Assembly (NCBI GenBank): GCA_038128265.1
Contig: JAYPJE010000017.1
Coordinates: 40,819-70,621, forward strand
DNA length: 29,803 nucleotides
Source of the DNA: Gemmatimonadota bacterium
GTDB lineage: Bacteria; Latescibacterota; UBA2968; UBA8231
Reading direction: 5' to 3'
Part shown: one piece after another, positions 1 to 8,765 of the stretch
Layout: every line of letters starts with the position of its first letter
Position numbering within the stretch: position 1 is the stretch's first letter
The notes under the pieces: generated by a model
What the model was told of the DNA's origin: nothing
Databases searched by the model: none
What the model saw: the letters and a program-made list of their open reading frames with translations, nothing else
Position numbers and translations under genes: made by a program

Positions 1-881
1 GGCCCGCCCGCCTCAGACTTATTGGGGGGGTTATTTTTTTTTTCATACCCCCCCCCACCCCGCCCACAAAACACGACTGGGTTGATATTAGCCCCCCGGT
101 TGATCACCGGACCACCGCCCAGCAGACACTCGCCGACCTGACGCTTGTCGACGCCGGGATGGTCCATCGCCCAGGTCACATCGACGGCGATACCCACCAG
201 CGGATCGACCCCAAAGGCGCTCGTCTTGGCGCCGCGCAGTCCGACCTCCTCCTGCACCGTGGCCACCGAAAAGAGCGCTGCCTGGCATTTTTTCTTTCCC
301 TTGGCAACGCGGCGCATAGCCTCCGCCACAACCCAAGCACCTGCCTTATTATCGGTCGCACGCGAAACAATCAGGTCGCCACGCAGCACCTCAAAGTTGG
401 GGTCGTAGGTAACGGGATCGCCGATTTCAACGATGTCCTTGGCCTCGTCGCCGCTCTGCGCGCCAATATCGATCCACAGCTCCTGCTTGGACGGCACCTT
501 ATTGCGCTCTTCGCCGCGCATGAGGTGGATGGGCTTCTTTCCCAACACGCCCAACACCGGCCCCTTGCGCGTGTGGATGCGGACCTTGCGCCCCGGCACC
601 ATACCCAAATCGAATCCGCCAATGGTATCGAAGTAGAGGTAGCCCTTCTCGTCGATGTATATGATCTGGAAACCCAACTCGTCCATATGACCAGCCAGCA
701 TGACGCGCGGCCCGCCTTGCGCGTTGTAGGACGCGATGGCGTTGCCGTGCACATCAACTTCAACCGCATCGGCATAGGTCCGCACTTCGTCGACCCACAC
801 GCTGCGCACCGGCCCCTCATAGCCGGAGGGTCCTGGCGCAGAGAGCAAGTCCTGCAAAAATTGCTTTGATGCTTCGCGCAT
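1..881 (-). CDS. M42 family metallopeptidase (TET-type aminopeptidase), 3'-truncated at the window edge
   Basis: Not in the ORF track because it has no stop in the window. Manual translation from ATG 881: MREASKQFLQDLLSAPGPSGYE...DVHGNAIA...VMLAGHMDELGF...GGFD...WIDIGA...SRATDNKAG...TVQEEVGLRGA...IAVDVT...GGGPVINRGANINP. These are the M42 metal-binding motifs (HMDE, DNK, QEEVG, VDVT). An AGAAAGGA SD-like site lies upstream. Confidence 0.93.
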   Translation of the reverse strand, partial: MREASKQFLQDLLSAPGPSGYEGPVRSVWVDEVRTYADAVEVDVHGNAIASYNAQGGPRVMLAGHMDELGFQIIYIDEKGYLYFDTIGGFDLGMVPGRKVRIHTRKGPVLGVLGKKPIHLMRGEERNKVPSKQELWIDIGAQSGDEAKDIVEIGDPVTYDPNFEVLRGDLIVSRATDNKAGAWVVAEAMRRVAKGKKKCQAALFSVATVQEEVGLRGAKTSAFGVDPLVGIAVDVTWAMDHPGVDKRQVGECLLGGGPVINRGANINPVVFCGRGGGGYEKKNNPPNKSEAGG

Positions 882-893
882 CGCCAATCCTTT

Positions 894-2357
894 CTATTCG
901 CCTTTTTCTGCCGGGGCAAACCAGGTGCCCACAGCGCACACACCCGCATTGACAAAAAGCCCCAGCACGCCGGCGTGAAAACCCCACGGCAGGCGGTTGC
1001 CGCTCCACGTCAGCACCAGCGCCACGGCCAGGCCAGCAAGCATACCCAACAGCGCGACGCGGCCCGAAAGCCGCTTCCAGTACAGACCAAAAAAGAAACA
1101 CGGCACGACCTGTATCAGCACCTCGAACTTGAGCTCGAGCAGACGAACGAGCGTCTTTTCCGTGCCGATCGCCACGGCGACCAACAGCGCCACGGCTATC
1201 CACGAGAATGCCTTGCCAACCCAGGTCAAATGCTCTTCGCTGCTATCCGGCTTGATGTGTGGCAGATAGATATCGCGCGTGAACATCGAAGAAATGGACA
1301 GCAGCGCCGAGTCGGCCGTCGACATCAGCGCCGCCAGCGCAGCGGCAAATACGACGACGACCAGCCAGTAGCCCAGGGTCGATTCGGCCATGACCAGCGC
1401 CAGCACGCGCGCCAGCACCTGGTCCGTCTCGACGCTTTCCAATCCGGGCAGCACGACGATGGCCGTTAGCCCACACACCATGGCAATCAGCGTCGTCGTC
1501 AGCGGCATAAAGGCCATCAGCATGAGCGAGCGCTTGAGCACTTTCAGCGAGCGACTGGCATAGAGGCGCTGTATGGCCTGCGGGTAGATCGCCGCGCCGC
1601 AGCCCAGCAGAAATACGTAGCTGATCCACGTATTGGTACCCTTCCAATCGGGCACCTGCACCTTGCTCGGATCAATCTGACGCAGCCGCTCGACAACGGT
1701 TTCCAATCCACCGCCCAATTGGGTCGGCACAATGACGACCAGCAGCGCAAAACCAATCAGCAGCACAATGCCCTGCATAACATCGGTCCAAGCCACCGAG
1801 CGCATCCCGCCTAAGGTCTCGTAAATGACCATGATAATGGCCAGGGCGATAATCCCATAGGCCGAGGGCACCGCTCCATGCGTAATCCCCTCGACGGCCG
1901 CCCCCATGGCCTTGAGCTGAGCCAGCGTGTAGTTGCACAGGGCATAGATCATCATCACCGCGCTCAACAGCGTTAGCGCCTTGGATTTGAAGCGATGGGA
2001 AATGTAGTCGCCCGGCGTGATAAACCCCTCGGCGCGCGCCAGCAGCACGAGGCGCGGGGCAAACAGCATGTAGCCGACGATAATCGAAAACATAAAGAGG
2101 ATCGATACCGTCCACTCAAAGCCAATCCGATAGGTCTTGCCCGTATAGCCAAAGAGCGTGTTGCCGCTGTACTGCGTCGCGTAGAGGGTCAGAAAGAGCA
2201 CGAGCAGACCCAGCGAGCGGCCGGCCAAATAGAAGTCGGCCATGCTGTTGGCCTGACGCTTAGTGCGGGCGTAGTAGCCAACGCCGATCATCGAGACCAG
2301 ATAGAGGCCGACGGCTGCCAGCGCACCCGGACCAAAGACAATATCGCCGCTTCCCAT
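894..2357 (-). CDS. Sodium:solute symporter (SSS family, PanF/PutP-like)
   Basis: Very hydrophobic with about 13 TM segments. Motifs DFYLAGRSLG, YETLGGMRSVAWTDVMQG and AALMSTADS are present. Start placed at ATG 2357, which overlaps the upstream stop (TGATG). Confidence 0.92.
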   Translation of the reverse strand: MGSGDIVFGPGALAAVGLYLVSMIGVGYYARTKRQANSMADFYLAGRSLGLLVLFLTLYATQYSGNTLFGYTGKTYRIGFEWTVSILFMFSIIVGYMLFAPRLVLLARAEGFITPGDYISHRFKSKALTLLSAVMMIYALCNYTLAQLKAMGAAVEGITHGAVPSAYGIIALAIIMVIYETLGGMRSVAWTDVMQGIVLLIGFALLVVIVPTQLGGGLETVVERLRQIDPSKVQVPDWKGTNTWISYVFLLGCGAAIYPQAIQRLYASRSLKVLKRSLMLMAFMPLTTTLIAMVCGLTAIVVLPGLESVETDQVLARVLALVMAESTLGYWLVVVVFAAALAALMSTADSALLSISSMFTRDIYLPHIKPDSSEEHLTWVGKAFSWIAVALLVAVAIGTEKTLVRLLELKFEVLIQVVPCFFFGLYWKRLSGRVALLGMLAGLAVALVLTWSGNRLPWGFHAGVLGLFVNAGVCAVGTWFAPAEKGE

Positions 2358-2599
2358 CAGGAGTCCTCCCCATCGGCACGCCAAAACCGATGGATCACAT
2401 ACGCCGTCCATAGCGCGAGTGCGAAGATGCTCAACAGCGTCGTAGCGACCCAGAGCGGGAAGCCCAGCACAATGGGCCCGATATAATCATCTGGCCAATA
2501 CCAAGGGATGGCGATCGCGTAGAGCACCAGATAGACAAACCAAACCCAGCGCACGCTGCGCGGTTCGCTGACGATGCGAAGAAAAGCGCGGTGTTCCAT
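2357..2599 (-). CDS. Small two-TM membrane protein accompanying the SSS transporter (DUF3311/YhdT-like)
   Basis: 80 aa, MEHRAFL...AIPWYWP...IVLGFPLWV. AAGGA SD before ATG 2599. Translationally coupled to the SSS gene, a common arrangement. Confidence 0.8.
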   Translation of the reverse strand: MEHRAFLRIVSEPRSVRWVWFVYLVLYAIAIPWYWPDDYIGPIVLGFPLWVATTLLSIFALALWTAYVIHRFWRADGEDS

Positions 2600-2713
2600 G
2601 CTGTCCTTACCTATAATCAAATAATCTAAGTTGCAGTTATAATTGAAGATGGAGTCAATATGAGCAATTTGCTGAAGCCGCACAACAAGGCGATCTTCTC
2701 CCTGCACAACGGG

Positions 2714-3964
2714 TTAGGCAAAGCGCTCGACCCGGCATAGAGCTAGGTCGAAACGAGACGCTTCTCCGCACACTAATTGGCCGGCGATTTGGCCGGTAAC
2801 CGGCCCTAGCGACAGCCCGCACATGCCGTGCCCCGTCGCCACAACCAAATTGGCCCACTGCGCAGAGCGCCCCAGAAAGGGCAGTCCATCGGGACTGCAG
2901 GGCCGCAGGCCGCGCCATATCTCGCGCACGCGCAGTCGATCGGGGGTCCAGTCGGGAACGTAGGTCGCCACCGCGCGGCGCATGGCATCGACCCGGCGCT
3001 GGTTGATCGACAGGTCGAGGCCGGCCAGCTCCAACGTGCCGGCGAAGCGCACCTCGTTGCGCAGAGGGGTTACCGCAACCTTTGCCTCGGTCAGCATAAA
3101 GGGAATATCTGGACAGCGCTCGGGGCGCTCGGCCATAATGCTATAGCCTTTGGCCGGCTGCACGGGCAGGCGCATGGCCAGCCCGCTCAGCAGCTGCGGC
3201 GACCACGCCCCGCCGGCCAGCACGACCTGCTCGGCAGACCAATCACCGCGCGTAGTGCGCACACGGGACACGCGCCCGCCGGCCCCTTCGATGGCCAGCA
3301 CTTCGCATTCCTCCACCACCCGCGCCCCCAGCTCGGCGCACTGAGCGGCCAGCTGGCGCACAAAATGCTGCGGCTGAACGTGGGCATCCTGCGGATAGTA
3401 CGCCGCTCCTACGCTGGAAAATTGGACGGCGTTTCCCACCTTCTCGGCCAGCTCGGCCGCCGTCAGCATATCGACCTCCAGACCCAACCCGCGCATGAGC
3501 TCGGCTTCGCGCGCTACAGACTCTAACCCCCGCTCTTCCCGGCATACTAGCAGACGACCGCGCGCACCAAATTCAAAATCGACCTCCTCGGACAGCGCGC
3601 CAAAGAGACGCAGGCTCTCCAAGTGCAAATCGCGCATAAGGGGCATGGCACGCTCAACGCGTGCGTGCGTGCAGGCGCGGCGAAAGTGCCATAGCCACGA
3701 CAGCAGTTGGCGATCGGAACGCCATTTGATGTAGAATGGACTTTCGGGATTGAACAGCCATTTCAAGCCCTTGGCCATAACGCCCGGCTCGGCAATGGGC
3801 ACGCTATGACTGGGCACGATGAGACCAGCATTGCCATAGGAACTGCCCGAGCAGATCTGCCCGCGATCGAGAATGGTAACCTGTCGGCCCCGGCGCAGCA
3901 CTTCACGCGCGGTGCACACACCCGCCACGCCCCCGCCCAGCACCAACACATCGACGCGTTCCAC
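2714..3964 (-). CDS. FAD-dependent oxidoreductase, D-amino acid dehydrogenase (DadA/DAO family)
   Basis: N-terminal GGGVAG dinucleotide fold, SSYGNAG, PAKGYS, WRGLRPCSPDGLP, ATGHGMCGLSLGPVTG. AGGAG SD before the GTG start. Confidence 0.9.
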   Translation of the reverse strand: MERVDVLVLGGGVAGVCTAREVLRRGRQVTILDRGQICSGSSYGNAGLIVPSHSVPIAEPGVMAKGLKWLFNPESPFYIKWRSDRQLLSWLWHFRRACTHARVERAMPLMRDLHLESLRLFGALSEEVDFEFGARGRLLVCREERGLESVAREAELMRGLGLEVDMLTAAELAEKVGNAVQFSSVGAAYYPQDAHVQPQHFVRQLAAQCAELGARVVEECEVLAIEGAGGRVSRVRTTRGDWSAEQVVLAGGAWSPQLLSGLAMRLPVQPAKGYSIMAERPERCPDIPFMLTEAKVAVTPLRNEVRFAGTLELAGLDLSINQRRVDAMRRAVATYVPDWTPDRLRVREIWRGLRPCSPDGLPFLGRSAQWANLVVATGHGMCGLSLGPVTGQIAGQLVCGEASRFDLALCRVERFA

Positions 3965-3975
3965 CGAGCTTCTCC

Positions 3976-4710
3976 TCAGTCAATCTGCAGCGAGCGGGCG
4001 TGCACGCGCTGACCGTCGAGCTCGTAGATGCAAAAGCGGTGCGGTGCTTCGCAAAAAGCCGGCGCAGCGGCATAGTGCACCGGCCCTTGAGCCAGCACAG
4101 GCACGCCCGGATGATAGTGCCCAGACAGCAGCAAGTGCACTTTGCCGCTAGCCTCGAGAGACGATTTTAGCCAGGGCGACGTGCCGTAGGTATGCGGATA
4201 GCCCTCGTTCTTTTGCGGGTGGACCAAATAGTGCTGCAGGTGGATCTGCGGACGGACGTCTCCGTCTTGCAGAGCGGTGTGAAAGCGCTCTAGCTCGGCG
4301 CCGATGCGCACCGGCACGTGGTCGGCACCCTCTTCATCATAGAAGCAGTAAACGCGATAGTCGCCGATATCGATGCCCGCTTCTACAGCGCCAAACACGC
4401 GGCGAAAAAGCAGCGGATGATCGTGATTTCCGTACAGCACAAAGGCTGGGCAGGACAGCGGCTGCAGCAGTTCGCGCACCAGCTGCAGGTCGGCTTCACC
4501 CCGCTGCAGGTTGTCTGGACTGTGCATCTGTTCAAAGGGATGGTCGACTAGATCACCCGTCACCGCCACCCAGTCGACCCCTTCTTCGCGCAGCACTTCG
4601 ACCGCGCGAGCGATCTTTTCCGGCATGGCGCGGCTGCGGCGGGCAGCAACGGCCGACGTGCCCGACAAGCTATGACGCAGGTGAAAGTCTGAGATATGGC
4701 CAATGCGCAC
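3976..4710 (-). CDS. Calcineurin-like metallophosphoesterase (Icc/CpdA-like)
   Basis: Motifs HISDFH, TGDLVD, GNHD and SGHYH in canonical order. GGGGAG SD before the GTG start. Confidence 0.88.
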   Translation of the reverse strand: MRIGHISDFHLRHSLSGTSAVAARRSRAMPEKIARAVEVLREEGVDWVAVTGDLVDHPFEQMHSPDNLQRGEADLQLVRELLQPLSCPAFVLYGNHDHPLLFRRVFGAVEAGIDIGDYRVYCFYDEEGADHVPVRIGAELERFHTALQDGDVRPQIHLQHYLVHPQKNEGYPHTYGTSPWLKSSLEASGKVHLLLSGHYHPGVPVLAQGPVHYAAAPAFCEAPHRFCIYELDGQRVHARSLQID

Positions 4711-4749
4711 GGATTGTGCTCCCCTGTGTGCTTAGAGATGCAAACGCAG

Positions 4750-5802
4750 CTAAACCGCACTTTCTGCGCGCACATCCCATATGACGACGCGCTCGGCCGC
4801 CACCTGCGGCCAGATCCGCTGGCCGGGACCGTAGCGCCGAGTCTTGTCGGCGATAATATGCACGCTCGTTCCCAGCCAGTCTACCAGCAAAATCCACGTC
4901 GGGCCAGCGTCTTCGACGACGCGCACGCGCGCCTCCCCTTGGCCGCCGTCCGGATCGATGTACTCGGGGCGGACCCCCAGCGTGCGCTCTACGCCATCGC
5001 CAACCGTCGTCGGCGCTAGCGCCCCCTCGCCGCCGACAACCCATTTCCCCCCCTGGCTGCGCGCCTGAAATAGATTGATGGCGGGCTGGCCGAGCTGGCG
5101 CGCCACCTGCGGCGAATTGGGCTGGCGATATATAGCCTCCGGCGTGCCGATCTGCAGCACGCGCCCTTCCGACAGCACGACGATTCGATCGGCCATGGAC
5201 AGCGCCTCGGCCTGGTCGTGCGTCACGTAGACCATGGGAATACCCAGCTCGCGGCGCAGCAGCGTCAATTCGACCCGCAGCGCTTCGCGCAGCTTGGCAT
5301 CGAGATTGGTCAGCGGCTCGTCGAGTAGAAACAGCCGCGGACGCCGCACGATGCAGCGGCCAATGGCCACCCGCTGCATCTCCCCGCCCGAAAGCTGCAC
5401 GGATGGTCGATCCAAGAGCCGTTCAATATGCAACAGCTCGGCCACCCAGTTGACGCGCCGCCCAATTTCGTCCTCGGCCAATAGACGCCCCGGCGCGCGC
5501 AGCGGAAACTCGAGGTTGCGGCGCACGCTCCAGTCCGGATAGAGAGCCACATTCTGGAAGGCAAAGGCCACGTCGCGCTGGGCCGGCTCCCAAGCGCCTA
5601 CATCCTCTCCCGCCATGTGCACGCTGCCGCCATCCGCGCGCTCGAGACCGGCCATAATCCGCAGCAGCGTCGTCTTGCCCGCACCCGTCGGCCCGAGCAC
5701 GACCAACAGCTCGTCGTCGCCCAGATCCAAGTCGATTCCACACAGAGCGCGCACGCGACCAAAGGCCTTGTCGATCCCACGCAGCTGTAGAAAGGTTTTC
5801 AT
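4750..5802 (-). CDS. Carbohydrate ABC transporter ATP-binding protein (MalK-like)
   Basis: Walker A GPTGAGKT, signature LSGGE, Walker B FLLDEP, VTHDQ, C-terminal GVRPE/TOBE-like region. Confidence 0.93.
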   Translation of the reverse strand: MKTFLQLRGIDKAFGRVRALCGIDLDLGDDELLVVLGPTGAGKTTLLRIMAGLERADGGSVHMAGEDVGAWEPAQRDVAFAFQNVALYPDWSVRRNLEFPLRAPGRLLAEDEIGRRVNWVAELLHIERLLDRPSVQLSGGEMQRVAIGRCIVRRPRLFLLDEPLTNLDAKLREALRVELTLLRRELGIPMVYVTHDQAEALSMADRIVVLSEGRVLQIGTPEAIYRQPNSPQVARQLGQPAINLFQARSQGGKWVVGGEGALAPTTVGDGVERTLGVRPEYIDPDGGQGEARVRVVEDAGPTWILLVDWLGTSVHIIADKTRRYGPGQRIWPQVAAERVVIWDVRAESAV

Positions 5803-6848
5803 TCGATGCGCTCTCCGCTCTCCCCGTCAAATAGGCAGACCTGTGTGGGGTCGAACTGAAGCGCCACACTCTGACCTATCGGCGCGCGCTGGCTTTCATC
5901 TGTGCGCAGCACCCAGCGACCGCAGGGCGTTTGCACGTGCACGTAGCGGCAGGCACCCATATACTCATCAAGCACGATTTCTCCGCGCAGTCCCCCCTCA
6001 TCGGCTAGGTGCACAAACTCCGGACGAATGCCCAGCGTAACGGTGCTCGTCGGGCACTCACCCGATAGCGGCCAAACAAAATCACCGGCGCGAAAAGCGC
6101 CGTCGCGCACGTGCCCCTCGGCAAAGTTCATCCCCGGACTGCCGATAAAGTGAGCGACAAAGAGGCTAGCCGGCCGCGCATAGACTTCGGCGGCCGTGTC
6201 GTGCTGGCGAATGGTACCCCCCTCCATGACCACAATGCGATCGGCCAGACTCATGGCCTCTTCCTGATCGTGCGTGACATACAGCGTGGTCGTGCCGTCG
6301 CGCAGCTGCTGTTCGCGAATCAGCTCGCGCATAACTAGGCGCAAATCGGCGTCCAGCGTGCCCAGCGGCTCATCCATCAGATACAGCTGCGGTCGACGCA
6401 CCATGGCGCGCGCCAGCGCTACGCGCTGCTGATCGCCGCCCGACAGCTGCCGCGGATAGCGCCCGAGCAGGTCGACCACGCGCAGGCGCTCGGCAATCTC
6501 TTCTACGCTCCGGCGGATTTCGGCCGCAGCGACGCCCATATTTTCAAGCGGGAAAGCCAGATTTTCCCGCACGGTGAAATGGGGATAGAGCGCGTAAAAT
6601 TGGAATACGAAGCCGACATCGCGGCGCTGGGGCGGCCACGGCGCCATATCCGCTCCCCCGAGCTCGATGCGCCCGGCGCTAGGCCCTTCTAGCCCGGCGA
6701 CCATACGCAGCGTCGTCGTCTTGCCGCAGCCCGATGGCCCAAGTAGGACGGCGAATTCGCCCTCCTCGCAGGCCAGGTCAATACCTCTGACCGCCTGCGT
6801 CCCATCGGCATAGGTCTTGGCCAGCCCTTGCAACCGCAAAAAGCTCAT
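5799..6848 (-). CDS. Carbohydrate ABC transporter ATP-binding protein (MalK-like)
   Basis: GPSGCGKT, LSGGDQQR, LMDEP, VTHDQEEA, FIGSPGMN. Start placed at ATG 6848 (MSFLRL), with an ATGA overlap with the upstream small ORF. Confidence 0.93.
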   Translation of the reverse strand: MSFLRLQGLAKTYADGTQAVRGIDLACEEGEFAVLLGPSGCGKTTTLRMVAGLEGPSAGRIELGGADMAPWPPQRRDVGFVFQFYALYPHFTVRENLAFPLENMGVAAAEIRRSVEEIAERLRVVDLLGRYPRQLSGGDQQRVALARAMVRRPQLYLMDEPLGTLDADLRLVMRELIREQQLRDGTTTLYVTHDQEEAMSLADRIVVMEGGTIRQHDTAAEVYARPASLFVAHFIGSPGMNFAEGHVRDGAFRAGDFVWPLSGECPTSTVTLGIRPEFVHLADEGGLRGEIVLDEYMGACRYVHVQTPCGRWVLRTDESQRAPIGQSVALQFDPTQVCLFDGESGERIE

Positions 6849-7009
6849 GGTTCGTCCAGGGCCATATGCGAGGTAATAATATGGCCGATCGTGCACAGCG
6901 CCGTGGCGAAGAACCCGTATCGCAGCCCCTCATTCCACCACGGGTTGAGCATCAGCCCCACACCAACGACCATGCCCAGCTGGGCCACTCGATCCACTAG
7001 GCGCCTCAC
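6845..7009 (-). CDS. Small 54-aa two-TM membrane protein inside the ABC operon
   Basis: GTG 7009 overlaps the permease stop (GTGA) and its TGA overlaps the ATPase start (ATGA), so it fills the gap exactly. Sequence: MRRLVDRVAQLGMVVGVGLMLNPWWNEGLRYGFFATALCTIGHIITSHMALDEP. Confidence 0.75.
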   Translation of the reverse strand: MRRLVDRVAQLGMVVGVGLMLNPWWNEGLRYGFFATALCTIGHIITSHMALDEP

Positions 7010-7866
7010 TGCTTGAGCGTCCCAAAGGTCACACCGCGCAGCAGGTGCTTGCGCACGAGCACGGTGAAGAGGACAATGGGCGCGACAAAGAGCAGCACCC
7101 CAGCGCACACCTGCGGCCAGGGAATGCCCTGCACATTGCCCTGCAAACCGGCGAAGTACACCGGCACCGTGACGGCCTGTTGGTTGTTCAGCGTCATGGC
7201 AAAACCGTACTCGTTCCACGCCGAAATCAGGCAGAACACGGCCGTGACCGCCATGCCCGGCGCCGCGCGCGGCAGAATAATCAGGCGAAAAGCCTGCCAG
7301 CGCGAATAGCCATCGACCAGCGCCGCTTCTTCGTAGGCGCGCGGTATTTCGTCGATAAACCCCTTCATGAGCCACACGGCAAGCGACAGGTTAAATACGG
7401 TGTAGAGCAGCACCAAGCCCAGGTGGGTATTTTGCAGATCGAATTGGCGATACATCATCAACACCGGCACAACTACGGCCAGCGGCGGCAGAAAGCGGGT
7501 AGATAGGATGAAAAACAGCCAGTCTTTTGATCCGGGAATGGCAAACCGACTAAATCCATAGGCCGCGCTGGTGCCGATGAGCACAGAAGCGAGCGTGCTC
7601 AGCAAGCCGATGACTACGCTATTGCTCAGATAATGGTAAAAGGTTTGATCCGCTCCTGTATAGACCTCACTCAAGCGGCGGTATGCCTCTAACGAAGCGG
7701 CAAATCGCGCCTCCTTCGGACCGTATTCACCTAAGGCAGGCAGCCATTTGGGGTGCACGCTAATCGTGTCGGCGCGTTCTTTTAACGAGGTTAGTCCCAG
7801 CCACAGCAGCGGCAGCGTGCCCACGGCCAAATACAGTCCGACAAACGCCACGCGCAGCCACTTCAT
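7006..7866 (-). CDS. Carbohydrate ABC transporter permease (MalG-like)
   Basis: NSVVIG...AAYGFSRF and EAA motif IPRAYEEAALVDG. Start at ATG 7866 (MKWLRV) with GGAGG upstream and an ATGA overlap. Confidence 0.93.
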   Translation of the reverse strand: MKWLRVAFVGLYLAVGTLPLLWLGLTSLKERADTISVHPKWLPALGEYGPKEARFAASLEAYRRLSEVYTGADQTFYHYLSNSVVIGLLSTLASVLIGTSAAYGFSRFAIPGSKDWLFFILSTRFLPPLAVVVPVLMMYRQFDLQNTHLGLVLLYTVFNLSLAVWLMKGFIDEIPRAYEEAALVDGYSRWQAFRLIILPRAAPGMAVTAVFCLISAWNEYGFAMTLNNQQAVTVPVYFAGLQGNVQGIPWPQVCAGVLLFVAPIVLFTVLVRKHLLRGVTFGTLKQ

Positions 7867-8756
7867 GCCGCATCCTCCCGCTGCTGTAGGCGAGCCATAT
7901 AGCGCAGAAACACGCTGGCCAGCGCGATGACCAGCACGAGAATAACGTAGGAGTAGGCCGTGCCCAGGCCAACTTTGCCATCGCGGAAAACTACTTGGTA
8001 GAGCAGCGCGCTGAGCGTCTGCGTAGCGCGATCGTTGGGCCCGGTGATGGCCATGATCAGGTCGAATTGCTTGAGTGCATCGGTGGCGCGCAGCAGGACG
8101 GCCAAGCCCAGCAGCGGCGCGCACATAGGCAGCGTAATGCGGCGAAAAACGCGCCAGGGCGATGCGCGGTCAATGGCGGCGGCTTCGTATATGTAGGAGG
8201 GAATGGCCTGCAGGGCCGCCAGCGAAATGAGCATCATAAAGGGCGTCCACATCCACACGTCGACCATTACAATAGACAGAAACTTGAGGTCGGGGTCGGT
8301 AATCCACTGCGGCTGCGGTAGCCCGAGCGCGGCCAACAGCTGGTTTAGAGCTCCGTAATTGCCGTTGAGAATCAGCTTCCAAAACAGCCCCATGACGGCT
8401 TGCGGCAGCATCATGGGCACCAGCAGCACCGTCAGCAGCACCGGCTTGAGACGGAAGCGGTCGCGCAGCGCGTAGGCCAGCGCAAAGCCCAACATCAGCT
8501 CGATGGCTACGGCGAGAAAGACAAAGAGCGCCGTCGTGCGCAGAGCCTGGGCGTACTTGGCAAATTTAAAGACAAATGTGTAGTTGAGAACGCCGATCCA
8601 ATCCCACTCGCTACCGACTAGATCGGCGTTGCTAAAGCTCAGGGCAATGCTGTAGAGCAGCGGGAAAATATTCATGGCGATGAGCAGCACGAGGGCCGGT
8701 GCAACAAACCCGTACTGCAGCCAGTGTACCGTCTGGCTCCCCCCCGCTCTCGCCAA
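7863..8756 (-). CDS. Carbohydrate ABC transporter permease (MalF-like)
   Basis: FVAPAL...FPLLYS, DVWMWTPF, EAA motif YEAAAIDRAS, FRRITLP. Start codon (TTG) is uncertain. Confidence 0.93.
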   Translation of the reverse strand: MARAGGSQTVHWLQYGFVAPALVLLIAMNIFPLLYSIALSFSNADLVGSEWDWIGVLNYTFVFKFAKYAQALRTTALFVFLAVAIELMLGFALAYALRDRFRLKPVLLTVLLVPMMLPQAVMGLFWKLILNGNYGALNQLLAALGLPQPQWITDPDLKFLSIVMVDVWMWTPFMMLISLAALQAIPSYIYEAAAIDRASPWRVFRRITLPMCAPLLGLAVLLRATDALKQFDLIMAITGPNDRATQTLSALLYQVVFRDGKVGLGTAYSYVILVLVIALASVFLRYMARLQQREDAA

Positions 8757-8765
8757 GGACGCCCC

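Noticed and set aside
1..70. Homopolymer-rich stretch (G7, T10, C9) that could suggest a phase-variable tract
   Set aside because: It lies at the window edge exactly where the M42 translation stops looking family-like. Low-quality contig-end sequence is the simpler explanation.
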